NCBI GenBank assembly: GCA_020536535.1 | Contig: JAHLWZ010000110.1 | Location: 1-47,069 of the forward strand | Reading direction: 5' to 3' | Length of the DNA stretch: 47,069 bases | Source: Pelomyxa schiedti | Taxonomy: Eukaryota > Protista > Evosea | Shown: piece by piece, positions 11,073-22,608 of the stretch | Layout: each line of letters begins with the position of its first letter | Position numbering within the stretch: the first letter of the stretch is position 1 | The notes under the pieces: generated by a model | The model's database searches: none | What the model saw: only the letters and a program-made list of their open reading frames with translations | What the model was told of the DNA's origin: nothing | Program-made: the position numbers and the translations under genes

Positions 11073-12828
11073 CTACGAACTGCTGGTGGTTGGTGTGGGT
11101 TCTGTGGCTGGGGTGGCTTCTGTTGTTGTAGTAGTGGTGTTGGTTTCTGAAGCCACCTTGGCTTTTTCTTCAGCCTGTTGTGGAGTAAGTTGTTGGTTTA
11201 GTGTTAGCGGGGAGAGGTAACGAACCTCCTTTTTGGCCAATTGAGCCGCGGCTTCCTTCTCCTTCTCTAGTCGGATGTTCTCTTCTTCCTCGAGCCGTGA
11301 CATTTTCGAGAAAAGACCTGCAAAGGCCTTTCTATCTCTCTGGTTTTGTCTGGCTATCTTGTCTTTCAGAAGTTTCAGCTCTTTCAGAGCATCAGCATTT
11401 TTCGGCTCTATTAGGAGCACCTCGTTGAAGTCACGCTCAGCCGAGTCCCAGTCATCCAGAGCAGAGAAAGCCTTCCCTCTCCGTAAGAGGCCTCGTACAT
11501 TTCTGGATTCAATGTCAAGTGCCTTCTTGCAGTTTTCAAGAACCTCGTTCCATTCCTTTGTTGCGAGCTTGCATGCGGCAATGTTGAGGTAGCACGGCAC
11601 TTTCAGTTTCTTTGCCTTCCCCTTTTCTTCTTCGCTCAGCTTATAGTCAGAATCAACGCATTCGAGTGCTTTCTTGTACTTCTTCAAGGCACGTGCTAGT
11701 TTACCCTGTGTGTACAAGGCATTGCCCTCTAAGCGCTTCTTTTCTGCCATTTCCAGCTGCTCGGGTCCAGCGAGCTGGTACGGGGCTTTGGGCTTGTCAA
11801 AGGACACAAGGGTCACTTCATACTCAAGTACGTCGGTTCCAGCAACAGACAATGCAGAATTCCCTAAAATACCAAAGGCGTGCTGAGGCATGATAGTGAC
11901 AATTGCGACCTCTCCTCTCTTCATTGACTCTACAGCTTTCTCGAGACCAGGAAGAACAGTTTCTGAGACGCTCATGAGAAGAAAGTGATGAAATAGATAG
12001 CCTCAACCTTCGCCAATCGTGAAAGTGAAATTTTCCTTCGTCTCGAAAATGCGACCTGTCTCCTTAATTTTCGCAGAGTAGTTGATGGTGCAAACGGTTT
12101 CATCACTTGGAGTTTCCCATCCCTCTCCTTCTTTGAGAACCTACATCTCAAACATAAGAGGCTAACCCTGAAATCTAGAGTTGGATACCTTCATTAAAAT
12201 GGACTTGTCCTTCTTTTCGCTGACATCTTTTTCCTCACACCAATTCAAGAGTTCGACCTCAAAGACCAAGGTAGAGTTGGGTGGAATCTTCCCTTGTCCA
12301 CTGCTGCCGTAGGCGTACTCGGGCTTGATAGTGAAAATAGCAATTTCGTCCTTCAACATGGTTGCAACACCTTCGTCCCACCCCTTGATCACATTTCCAC
12401 ACCCCAACTGAAAAATACTTCAGAATTTTCCAGAAATGAACGAGCATTGTAGAAACCTTGAAGTTGAAGGGCTTATCTCTATCTCGGCTAGAATCGAAAA
12501 TTGTGTTGTCCAATAATTTGCCAACGTAGTGAACGTCCACATCAGCGCCCTTTGCTGAGAAGAAAAGGTGAGCAGTTGCACAAACCAATGTCGGGAAATA
12601 ATAAACATGATAAAAAAAAAGAACAAACAAATTTGAAGTTGGCACACCTGGCTTTTTGTACCCCGTTCCTTTTTTGACGATTTTCTTAAGAACACCACCG
12701 TCGTTTGTCACCTTGATCTCCTCGTCAACGGCTGGCTCGCGAATTGCGTCCATCTCCGGGTCGTGCTCAGCGTGGTCGTGGTGATCGTGGTCGCAGCAAT
12801 GTCCGTCGTGGTGATGTGTGTCAGCCAT
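11073..12828 (-). CDS. FKBP4: FKBP-type peptidyl-prolyl isomerase, FKBP52/ROF1-like (2 FKBP domains + TPR)
   Basis: FK1: [23 protein letters not shown]...[12 protein letters not shown]...[25 protein letters not shown]2: EGEGWETP...[19 protein letters not shown]: [10 protein letters not shown]...YKKAL...YLNIAAC...KGL-like RGLLRRGKA. Includes an in-frame 51-bp intron at 11175-11225 with a CTAAC branch site. Confidence 0.92.
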
Positions 12829-13223
12829 GGAGGTATTGTTTCGTGTGTTTGTTGTTTCTTAAGAATAACAAAAAAAAAATACAAAAAGTTGTTGGCTTTT
12901 TGTTTGTTGTGATTTCGCTTTGTTTTTTCGAAGTTGTGAGGTTTTTGGGCTCTGAAGGCCACCAACTTTATAAGTTCGAGAGAGATTCAGCACGTTCCAT
13001 GAAACTTCGGGTACTTTCCATCGGAAAGACATGTGAATGCCTTCGAGATTGTTTGTCTCTATTTCTATCCTATCTTTCTTGGTGCCTTGACAAGTTTTCT
13101 CGATGTGTCTGAGGGTGAGCTGGTCTCTGTAGGCCTACAGACACTCCTCCACGAGAAGTAGAGACTTGCTTTTTTCTTTCAGACACCAGAGACCGGGGGA
13201 ACAGTGGAGAATAGTTTTGACTG

Positions 13224-14389
13224 ATGAGCGGGCTTTCGGTTGGTGCCGCTGTTTTTGATTTTGGTACAGAGACTACCAAAGCAGGACTGGTGAGTGACAA
13301 GTGGCCGTCCCTCGTGATCCCCACTTCCATTGGCCCTGATTCTGGCGTGTCTTGCAGTTGGTTCCCCGCCCCTTTTGTGTAATTATGCTGTTTTTTCCTC
13401 CCCTTCTTTGCTTGCAGTTGTAGTAGTACGGAGTGCTTGTTGTAGTGGTTTAGTTTGGGGTTGTAGATGACACCAGTGCGACCAAGTACCCCGTATCACA
13501 TGGAGCCATCACTGACATGGACGCCATGGAGAAAATATGGAAGCACTCGTTCGCCGTCCTTGGAATCGACCCCATGGAGCACCCTATCATGGTCGTCGAC
13601 CACGGACTCTGCCGCAAGTCCGACCGCGAAAAGACCCTCCAGCTGCTCTTTGAAACCTTCAAAGTCCCGGCCGTGTACTTCGCCATCGCGACGGCCATGG
13701 TGGCCACCTCGCAAGCAAGTGCCACGGCAATAGCGCTGGAAACCGGGGAGGGTGTCACTGAATGCGTTCCAATGTATGACAACTACACCCTGCCCCACGC
13801 ACTATACCGGCGGGACTTTGGCGGCGACTCTGTGTCGGCTCAGATAAGAAAATTGCTTGCTGATTCCGGGACACCTGTGAGCCTCCAGACCGCTCGTGAC
13901 ATCAAGGAGAAGCATTCATTCCTCCCCGTTGATGCTGCTTCTGCTGCTTCTTCTTCTGTTGATAAAGTGGCTTACGAGATGCCTGATGGGAGGACTATTA
14001 CTCTTGGCAAGAAAGAGCGATTAGCGCCGGAGTTATTATTCAATGACGCGGAAGGGATCGAGCAGCCACTCTTGCAAAACATTATCAAGGAAGTCATCAT
14101 GAAGGTCGATGTGGATATTCGTGACGACCTTTCCAAGAACATCATAATATCTGGGGGCAACACTTTGTTCCCAGGGTTCCCAGAGCGATTACAATCCGAG
14201 CTAAGTCAATGCCTTCCTCCTGTTTTCAGGCGACTTACTGTCAGGGCACCCCCACAGAGGAAATTCCTTGCTTGGAAAGGCGCTGCCATATTGGCCTCTT
14301 TGTCACACAGCCAACGATTATGGATAAGGTACAGTGAATACATAGAAGAGGGCAACGATACAAATCTTGCGTGGAGGAAGTGCTGGTAA
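13224..14389 (+). CDS. Divergent actin-related protein
   Basis: Motifs VFDFGTETTKAG (phosphate 1), KYPVSHGAITDMDAMEKIWKH, LFETFKVPA, ETGEGVT (phosphate 2), RDIKEK, YEMPDG, SGGNTLFPGF, RKFLAWKGAAILASL and C-terminal RKCW. One intron at about 13347-13466. Confidence 0.9.
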
Positions 14390-14443
14390 GAAAAGAAGAA
14401 CAATTTTTTTCTTGTTTTATCATTGATATGGTGGCAAGGTTAC

Positions 14444-15310
14444 CTACGAACCCTGAGGGGGGGCAGATGGTTGGAGGTCTGTGGGGGGTGGTTGTTGCTG
14501 TGGATCCACTTGAACACCATAGGGAACTGGGGCAGAATAAGGCTGTGGAGCCTGCAGTCCAAAAGAGGTAGTTGCTGTTGGGTACGGCTCTGTTGGATAC
14601 GGCATGTGAGAAGGGTACTCAGTGTAGCAGGATTGATTGGCGGCAGAGTAATCAGACGGCTGGGGAGCATACGCAGGTTGCATGGGAGAATATACAGATT
14701 GCTGAGAGGGTTGCCTAGTCTGCGTAGGAGGTTGTGGTGGGGGGTATGGAGTGCTTGGAGGAGGGAATGTGTAAGTCTGTGGCACAGGGACCGCGGTGAC
14801 AGGCGGAGGCCCGGAGGGTGGGAGAACTTGTTGCTGGAGCAATGGGGTGGTCACTGTTGGTTGTGTCATTACATAAACTGTGGGTTGGGGCTTTCCGTGG
14901 TAGTGGTGATGGTGCTATTTTGTTTTGTGATTATTTGGTTTTGGTTAGTTAGTCGTTTTGATCAAAAAAAAAAAAAAAAAAAAAGCAAAAAAGCAATAAC
15001 CAAAAAGGTGAAAGAACGTACGTGAACAGCGAGTTTCGCATTCTCAGCGGCTACCATCGTAGACATATTGCACATATCCACGCACTGGCCAATGCAACAT
15101 AGTCCCCCTGTCAAATACCACAGCACCCCTAAACACGGAAAACCAATGAATCCCAAAACAATAAAAAAAAAAGGGTAGGGTGTGTGGTGTGAGTCACATC
15201 AACCAAAACACACCCGTGCCGACGCGATCTAGGTAGCAACGATGTATGCCGCAACACCCACAAAATCCCAGCGCCCACAGCGCCCATGCTGTGGTCTCGC
15301 TCTTCTCCAT
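14444..15310 (-). CDS. TM2-domain membrane protein with Pro/Gln/Tyr-rich C-terminal tail
   Basis: Exon 1 MEKSETTAWALWALGFCGCCGIHRCYLDRVGT is spliced (intron 15213-15129) to GVLWYLTGGLCCIGQCVD, matching the TM2 consensus G.HRFYL...G.L...T.G. A second intron leads to HHHHYHGKPQP and the Pro/Gln-rich ORF ending at 14444. Confidence 0.8.
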
Positions 15311-15482
15311 TATGATGGCCCCGGTATTTTTTTTTTCTTTGCTTTTTTGTCCAGACGTTGATGGAGAAACTTTGGGTGGAAGGTGCCGTGCTCGTTGAAC
15401 GGTCACAAGAAAGAAGTGGTAGTTTTAGTTCAGTTGTTTTCTATTGTGTGAAACTCGACTCACTGCTTCTCCCCGAGGAACT

Positions 15483-16683
15483 TTACCATCCGTCCTCAAA
15501 GTTAGCCAGCATTTCCTCACACTTGGCGCACTTTACAACCTCTTCCAGCAGGGCAGTCCTCTGCTTCACTGTAACTGCGGGATTACCAGACAGTCGACAG
15601 AACTCCTCGATCCTGCCACTCTGTGCCAGGGCCTCCGCGCCCCTTGAGTGTTTGCCGTCATAGACCCTCCAACTATTGTCTTCGATATCCCTCGCAGCCA
15701 GTTGCATCCACGGCCCGATATCCATGCGATCGTTGCCCAGCTCTGCACTGGAAATGGACGTTTCAGGAAATGAGGTGGAGCTCCAGCCTGGTGGTTTTGG
15801 TGGACACGCCTCGCAACGTTGTGTGCAGTACCACACCTTGCCCTCTCCCGTCCTTCTGCGTTCACCTTGCCCCCCATAGTCATAACACTCTCCAGGACGC
15901 TCCTCATCCATCTCGTTACAGCAGTAAACAAAGGTCCTCTCAGTGCGGTCACTTCCGGCAGAATAGAACCACACCGCCCCACATTCCCTGGTTTTGACTA
16001 CCTCTTCCTCCTCTCCTTTCCTTATAATCGTGCCAGATCAAATTATCCTCTTGGAAGTCTGGAAGCGGAACCCCCGTGCTTTTGTCAACAGCCCCCATCT
16101 TTCCCCCCTTGCCCCTGACCAGTCTCTTGCTTTCGTTCGCCAACTTGAGGGATTTCAGTGAATTCCGAACAGAAGTATGGACGAGGAGTCTCCAGTGATT
16201 CTCATCAACAGCCCTGCTGATGAACTTCTGAGCCGCATGCAGCTCCTTCAGGTCCCTGCCCTTTCCTCTCACAGAATCCTTGGACACTGAGTCACAGCCT
16301 GAATCCCGGAGCCTGTTGCCGTCTCTCACAGCGGCCCTCGTCCTCATCAGAAGGCTTGCGCGCTCACACGCTCCCAGGCACGTCTTGGAGCACAAAGCGA
16401 ACCTGAAGAACGACGCCATTTTGTGACTTCCTGCCTTTTTGTCGGCTTCTGTCCTCCTCCCCCTTCGTGTCGGCGTGGTAGTTGCATCGCTATCACTACT
16501 TGAGCCAGACGACGACGACGAGGACGATGAGGAGGACGAGGCAGAGGAGCGGTAGGGAGGGAGCAAGAGAAATCCCACAATTGTGTCCATTACTGCTGGT
16601 GGCATCGTTTGGTCCAGCCCTTCCCGCCCTGGCCGATGGTGCGGAGTCGCCGGGGTTCCGTTGGACAAGCGATGCCGCTTCAT
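15483..16683 (-). pseudogene. Tandem paralogue C of an unknown family, with a +1 frameshift
   Basis: Homologous to 16706-17968 and 18118-19371 (MKRHR...GLDQTMPPAVMDTIVG, MASFFRFALCSKTCL, WFYSAG..TERTFVYCC, CPPKPPGW). There is an extra C in the run at 15986-15988 relative to copy A (ACATTCCCTG vs ACATTCCTG), which splits the ORF. Confidence 0.75.
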
Positions 16684-16705
16684 CAGATTTTCCAATCTAC
16701 AAGTT

Positions 16706-17968
16706 TTACGGGAAAAGTGGACCCGACCACTGGGTTGCCAGTAGCACGGCACACTTGGCACACCTGAAAACTTGTTCCAGCAGAGCCCTTCTCTTAGCGG
16801 CCGACGCAGCAGAAGAATGAGCCAGTCGGCAGAACTCGTCCACTCGGCCGCTGTCCACCAGGCCGTCTGTGCCCCCGCGGCAGGGGGAGTCGCACACACT
16901 CCACGTGCCAGCTGAAATGTCCCTCGCAGCCAGCAAAAGCCACGGCAAGCAGTCGCAGTCCAGTTCCTTGTCACTTAGAATGGCAGGGAATGGCCCGGAG
17001 CTCCACCCTGGGGGCTTTGGCGGGCATATTCCGCTGCCTTGTGTGCAGAACCACACCATTGCGTTTCCTTCCCGGTGTCGTGCATCCTCTTCCTGGGGGA
17101 GGAGTTCATCAGAGTCGCCCAAGTCATCTGGAGGATAATACTCTGGTGAATCATACTCTTCGGGAGGGCACTCCTCACGCATCTCACCACAGCAATAAAC
17201 AAAGGTCCTCTCGGTGTGGTCTCTTCCGGCGGAGTAGAACCACAGTGCACCCCATTCCTGGTATGTAGCTTTCCTGTCCCCTATTGTTACCTTGGTATCA
17301 TTCTCTATCAACTGCCATTCAGGGAATCCTCCACGTGACCCCGCGGTTCCAGTAGTCATTGCCTTCCCGTGAACAACTCCTGTCTTTCCCTTGCCCCCGC
17401 TCCTACTCATGCTTGTATTCGCACTCGTCTGTGGTGCACCCGCCTTCAAAATCGATCCGTGGACGAGGAGTCTCCAGTGCTTCTCGTCGATGGCCTTGAC
17501 AATGAATTCCCGGGCCGCGTGCAGCCTCTGCAGGTCGCGGACGTCTCCCGTCACCGTACTCCTCGAAACCGGGTGGCTGCCGCACTCCGCGAGGTTGTTG
17601 CTGTCTCTCACAGCGGCTCTCGTTCTCATCAGAATGCTTGCACGCTCACACGCCTTCAAGCAGGTCTTGGAGCACAGGGCGAAGCTGAAAAACGACGCCA
17701 TCTTGTGCGCTTTGTTGTTTGTCTTCTTCCCATGCCTCGTAGTGGTGGTGGTCATAACGCACTCGAGGCCACTGCTTGGCTCGTCGCCGCTGCAATCGTG
17801 GCCAGAGGGGAGTGGCTCTGGAAGTGGGGCACCACGGCGGTAGGGAGGGAGCACAAGCAATCCCACAATTGTGTCCATGACAGCTGGTGGCATCACTTGG
17901 TCCAGCCCTTGACGCCGCTGACGTGGTGGATTGGCTGGTGCTCCGTTGGCCAGCCGGTACCGCTTCAT
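16706..17968 (-). CDS. Tandem paralogue B, intronless hypothetical protein with split F-box-like motif
   Basis: Single open frame MKRYRLANG...PLFP sharing conserved blocks with its neighbours. An upstream in-frame ATG at 18040 is an alternative start. Confidence 0.8.
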   Translation of the reverse strand: MKRYRLANGAPANPPRQRRQGLDQVMPPAVMDTIVGLLVLPPYRRGAPLPEPLPSGHDCSGDEPSSGLECVMTTTTTRHGKKTNNKAHKMASFFSFALCSKTCLKACERASILMRTRAAVRDSNNLAECGSHPVSRSTVTGDVRDLQRLHAAREFIVKAIDEKHWRLLVHGSILKAGAPQTSANTSMSRSGGKGKTGVVHGKAMTTGTAGSRGGFPEWQLIENDTKVTIGDRKATYQEWGALWFYSAGRDHTERTFVYCCGEMREECPPEEYDSPEYYPPDDLGDSDELLPQEEDARHREGNAMVWFCTQGSGICPPKPPGWSSGPFPAILSDKELDCDCLPWLLLAARDISAGTWSVCDSPCRGGTDGLVDSGRVDEFCRLAHSSAASAAKRRALLEQVFRCAKCAVLLATQWSGPLFP

Positions 17969-18117
17969 CGACTCGTCAAAAAGGAAATTAAATTTGGAGC
18001 GCAACGGGTGACTCAGGTCGTGTCCTTCTAAAGCTGGCATAACACCATTGTAGAATAAACTATGGAATTTGGCTTCTTACAACTGATGCCGTGGGGAGTA
18101 AATTTTGGGAGAATAAA

Positions 18118-19371
18118 TTATTCCATAACTAGGTAGCCACAGTAGGTACACTGGACAACTTTGTTCAGCATGGCACTCCTCTGTTCCAAGGTTGCAGCAG
18201 GAGAATTAGCCAGTCGACAGAACTCGTCAATCCTCTCATTGTCCGCCAGTGCCTTTGTGGCACTCCCTTTGGCTCGGTCGAATGCCAGCCACTCCATGGG
18301 TTCATCTTCAGGACCCTCCAGTTCTGCCAGCAGCACCCACGGCAAGAAATAATCGCGGCCCCTGCGGGGAAGATCAGTAACAGGGAATGGGGTGGCGATG
18401 GTCCAGCCTGGTGGTTTGGGAGGACATATCTCGCAACGTTCGTGGCAGTACCACAGCTTGGCGCTGACGGATTTGACGTGGATGTCTCTGCATCTGTCCT
18501 CTCTACTCGCCACCTCGCCGCAGCAGTAAACAAAGGTCCTCTCAGTGCGGTTACTTCCAGCAGAATAGAACCACGCCGCTCCACATTCCTGGTTTATTTC
18601 TGTAAAGTCCTCCCCTGGCACAGACTCTTCTCTCCGCACTATCAGATGTCCTGCTATAACGAAATCACTAGGGCCTTCACCCGACGTCGGGCTTTCAGCT
18701 TTTGTGGGTTCATGAGGAGGCGTTTCTATCTTGCTCTTTTTCGCCCCCATCTCATCTTTCATCGCCTTCACAATAGAACTGTGGACGCTCATCCTCCAGT
18801 TCTTCTCATCAACGGCTCTGGTGATGAACCTCTGTGCCGTTTCCAAATCCATCAGGTCCCTGGCGTGTCCCCTCTTGGAGACTTTGGACACAGATTCGCA
18901 GCCAAGCCCCACGAGCCTGTTGCCGTCTCTCACAGCGGCCCTCGTCCTCATCATAAGGCTTGCACGCTCACAAGCTCCCAGGCACGTCTTGGAGCACAAA
19001 GCGAACCTGAGGAACGATGCCATTTTGTGCCCTTCACCCATTTTTTTAGGGTCGCTTGTCGTGGCGGTGCCCTCGTCTTCAGAGCTGGAGCTCGAGCTCG
19101 AACTGGAACTGGAACTGGAACTGGAACTGGAGCTGGAGCTCGAGCTCGAGCTCGAGTCGCCGTGTTTGGTGGGTTTTTTTTTTCCCCCTTTGTTTTTTGC
19201 CGCGGGTTGAATGCCCTCGATGAAGGGAGGGCACCTGAGCCATCCCACAATGGCGTCCATGACGTGTGGTGGCATCACTTGATCCAGCCCGTACATTGGG
19301 TCGCTGTCTCTCGGCGCTTCTTGTGATGGTGGCGCTGTTGGTTTGCCGTCTCGCTGCCGATACCGTTTCAT
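18118..19371 (-). CDS. Tandem paralogue A, intronless hypothetical protein with split F-box-like motif and poly-Ser
   Basis: Single open frame MKRYRQRDG...CTYCGYLVME with the same conserved blocks. The poly-Ser run is encoded by hexamer repeats at about 19081-19157. Confidence 0.8.
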   Translation of the reverse strand: MKRYRQRDGKPTAPPSQEAPRDSDPMYGLDQVMPPHVMDAIVGWLRCPPFIEGIQPAAKNKGGKKKPTKHGDSSSSSSSSSSSSSSSSSSSSSSSSSEDEGTATTSDPKKMGEGHKMASFLRFALCSKTCLGACERASLMMRTRAAVRDGNRLVGLGCESVSKVSKRGHARDLMDLETAQRFITRAVDEKNWRMSVHSSIVKAMKDEMGAKKSKIETPPHEPTKAESPTSGEGPSDFVIAGHLIVRREESVPGEDFTEINQECGAAWFYSAGSNRTERTFVYCCGEVASREDRCRDIHVKSVSAKLWYCHERCEICPPKPPGWTIATPFPVTDLPRRGRDYFLPWVLLAELEGPEDEPMEWLAFDRAKGSATKALADNERIDEFCRLANSPAATLEQRSAMLNKVVQCTYCGYLVME

Positions 19372-19443
19372 CCTGGACGAACCTCTTCTCTTAATTTTTT
19401 CCTTCCCTCCATCAGATCTGCTTTCTGTTAATTGTCTGATCAG

Positions 19444-22400
19444 ATGACGGACCAATGTACGGCATCGTATTGGCACCGCTTTCTTGCACTCTAACCCACA
19501 ACACAGACTTGGCGGAATTTGCCGAGTTTGGTGGAAATGACATGGACAAGCGGGGTTGGGCGGCCAAATCTATAGCACGAGGCACCGCGCGCCGCGACGT
19601 GGCAAGGCTGTCCGACGCAATAGCTGCAATTGACGGCACCGTGCAACAACAGGTGGGGGCTTTTGCTTTTCTGCCATTCCGTGCGTTGGTGGAATTGACA
19701 CCCAACTTTGGGGAATCTCAGGTGTGTGACAATTACGAGCAACTTCTGGATGTGGCAGTGATGCTCAATGACCAAAGGGGAGCAATTTTGCATGTGGATG
19801 CTGGTGTCGGGCAACTTGTGTCCTCTGTTGAAAGGTGCGCATATTTTATGCGAATATATATATGTGCCCGGTATCTTGGCATGTTATTGCCAATCGCAGT
19901 ACTTTTATTTACAGTTGCGTGTCAAGAATGTAAATGTCACTGTAGAGTCAAGGCTGAGCTCGAGGCCCCTTATACCAAAATCAAAATGAGATACACTCAA
20001 GTATGCCGAATGCATGACGCAGCGGAACTGTTACAGAGGTACCTAGTTCTAAAGGCTTCATATTCTTTTTTTTCTCTCGTTTCTATTTAAAAAACCAATA
20101 GGGTATCTCGTTTTGTGCATCTTGCCAGGAAGTTGAATGAAGCTCTGCAGTCTGCATCCCCTGATCTAGCCAAGGCAGCACATTGTTGGGCGGAAATCAG
20201 TGCGCAGGCAAACTTCTTTGTTGTTTTGAGTCCTCACAGCAGTACAGATTCCCTGCTAAAAGACTCTGATTTGAGTGGAATAACCGTCGTTGATCGGGAA
20301 TTAATGTGGTTTTCCAAAGTTGGAGACATGCTAACAGGAACGGCCTCTAAACTTCTGAGCACAGGTCTTGAAAACCAGGTGTGTAATCTTTTCTTCACAA
20401 CTACAATCACAGCAAACAAAACCAACAGAATCACACAGAGATTATTTGTGCACTACATGTATTTTACCATATGAGCACTCTCGCGGACAAAGTATAGTCA
20501 CAGGGGAAATATCATTGGGAATTCACAAACTTAGGTCAATAGTGCCATAAGCTCAATACTAGAAAAGGTCTCCCTTTCTCTGTCAAATACTATTGCACTT
20601 GATAAAACCTTTTCTTCTGATCTTCGAGGTGCCATTATCTAGTATTTTAGGTTGAGTAACCTTTTTTGAAAGCCAGTATGAGTGACATGATGACCCGCGG
20701 ATCTCTCTGGACAAGATTTGGGCAATCTGTGGAAGTGATGTATACGTCATGCTGCCAAGCTTGGTGCTTATATTCTCTTCTTGGGCGCACATTGGATCCT
20801 TCTTCACGTAGCACTCTGTTGGACAATATCCAGGTTCCTATTCCATTCTACTTGGACTACAAAAAAGTAAGATCAAGTGAAGGGTGCCAAAATTGAAGTT
20901 CTACTCAAAACATTCTGGAAGAATTTCTGCAAAATTCTGAGTGATAAGTTTATAGATGTGACATATAGTAAACTACCCAGCATGATACCAGTTATTTAAT
21001 ACAATACAAAGACCGTGGATTCATTGAGGCTACTTTCATTGCAGACTATCCAAAATTAGTCAAACTTTTTTATGATTTTCTCTCCAGATTGAAGAGAGAG
21101 CCATCCATGTAATGAACCATCCTAATTGATTTTTTTAATTTCCAAAAGAATTTTTGATTCAGAACAAGATAAAGCTCTATATGCATGCTTTTCCACATTG
21201 GAAACTGCTTATCTCAAAGTCACAACTTTTTCCCATAACGTAGTACTCACACCGTTTAGAATATAAACGCTCGACTTACGGAACACATGAATACGTACTT
21301 CCAAAGTCTGGCTACAAACAAGGGTTCGTATGGGGCTTCAGCTGTAACCCAGCAGTCATCTTCCAATACCCCCATACATAACCCCACCACCACTGTACTC
21401 CAGACTTTTGTGCGGACAATGGTTTCTGAGCTGGAAGCTGTACAAGGTGTTGGGGATTGTACAATTGGGATATCTGTTGTACAAGCTGTTATCGTTGTTC
21501 TTAAATTGTACATGGTCAAGACAAAAGATCTTGTGCGGTTCCATTCACCTTTTCCTACTGGTACTTATCCTGGTTAGATCAATACTGATCCTGAAGCTTA
21601 TCAAATACGCAGTCCAATGAACCCAACTCAAGTGTTGAATGCATCACAATTTCAATCGTTAGTTCATGTATTACATAAATAGAATTTCTTCCCTCCTTAG
21701 GCACTCACCAGGTTCACTCTTCCTTGCTCCCTTTAGTTGACTCTTCATCATTTTTACTTCCAGCAGCCAAGCAAATTTTGTCAATGTGCGCAACAGTATT
21801 ACTGAAAAATCTTTACTCCCGGTATTTTAATGCAAAACACCCCCACAGAGCCTTACAAAGTATCGACACACTTGCTGATCAATGTGTGGCAAGACTATTT
21901 GCAAATCAGAGCAGACAACTAGAAACCTTTTTCCTGCAAATGCACAACGAAGATTTCTCAGGGTAATACAAATACCGGCAAGCTACCAACCCTCACACAC
22001 AGTTAGAGCGGCACGCACAGAGGATTGCTCTGAGTATGTGGGTGCTGTTGAAAGGCAAATGAGCCACTTTAAAGTTCACTACCTCAACCGGTACATGCCA
22101 AGTGCTACAATATCCAGCAGTAGCTCCTCGGGGAATATGTGCCCCCAGATGGCATCTCACCTCAAAAGCTTGGCCTCACGCACCATAACTTCTTTTATAA
22201 GGTAGAGAGTACATTCCCATATCACAAAATCGTGGACTCCTTTCACTACAGGAGTGTATCTTTGATAAGACCTTTTGGATCCCGGGGAAGAGTTCGTCTA
22301 CCTTTGGACATGGCACAGCTTGAGTTATGTTTTGGATCGATCACTCCACTCAAAACTGCCGGTGATGTGTACAAACAACTCGTTGCTCTCAGGCAATTAG

Positions 22401-22577
22401 TGCAGAGGGACATAACAGAGGTTGTCCATTGACTTTTCTTCAGCTTTTTTTCCCTAATTATCGGTTTACTANNNNNNNNNNNNNNNNNNNNNNNNNNNNN
22501 NNNNNNNNNNNNNNNNNNNNNNNNNNNNNNNNNNNNNNNNNNNNNNNNNNNNNNNNNNNNNNNNNNNNNNNCCCCCC

Positions 22578-22608
<31 letters not shown>

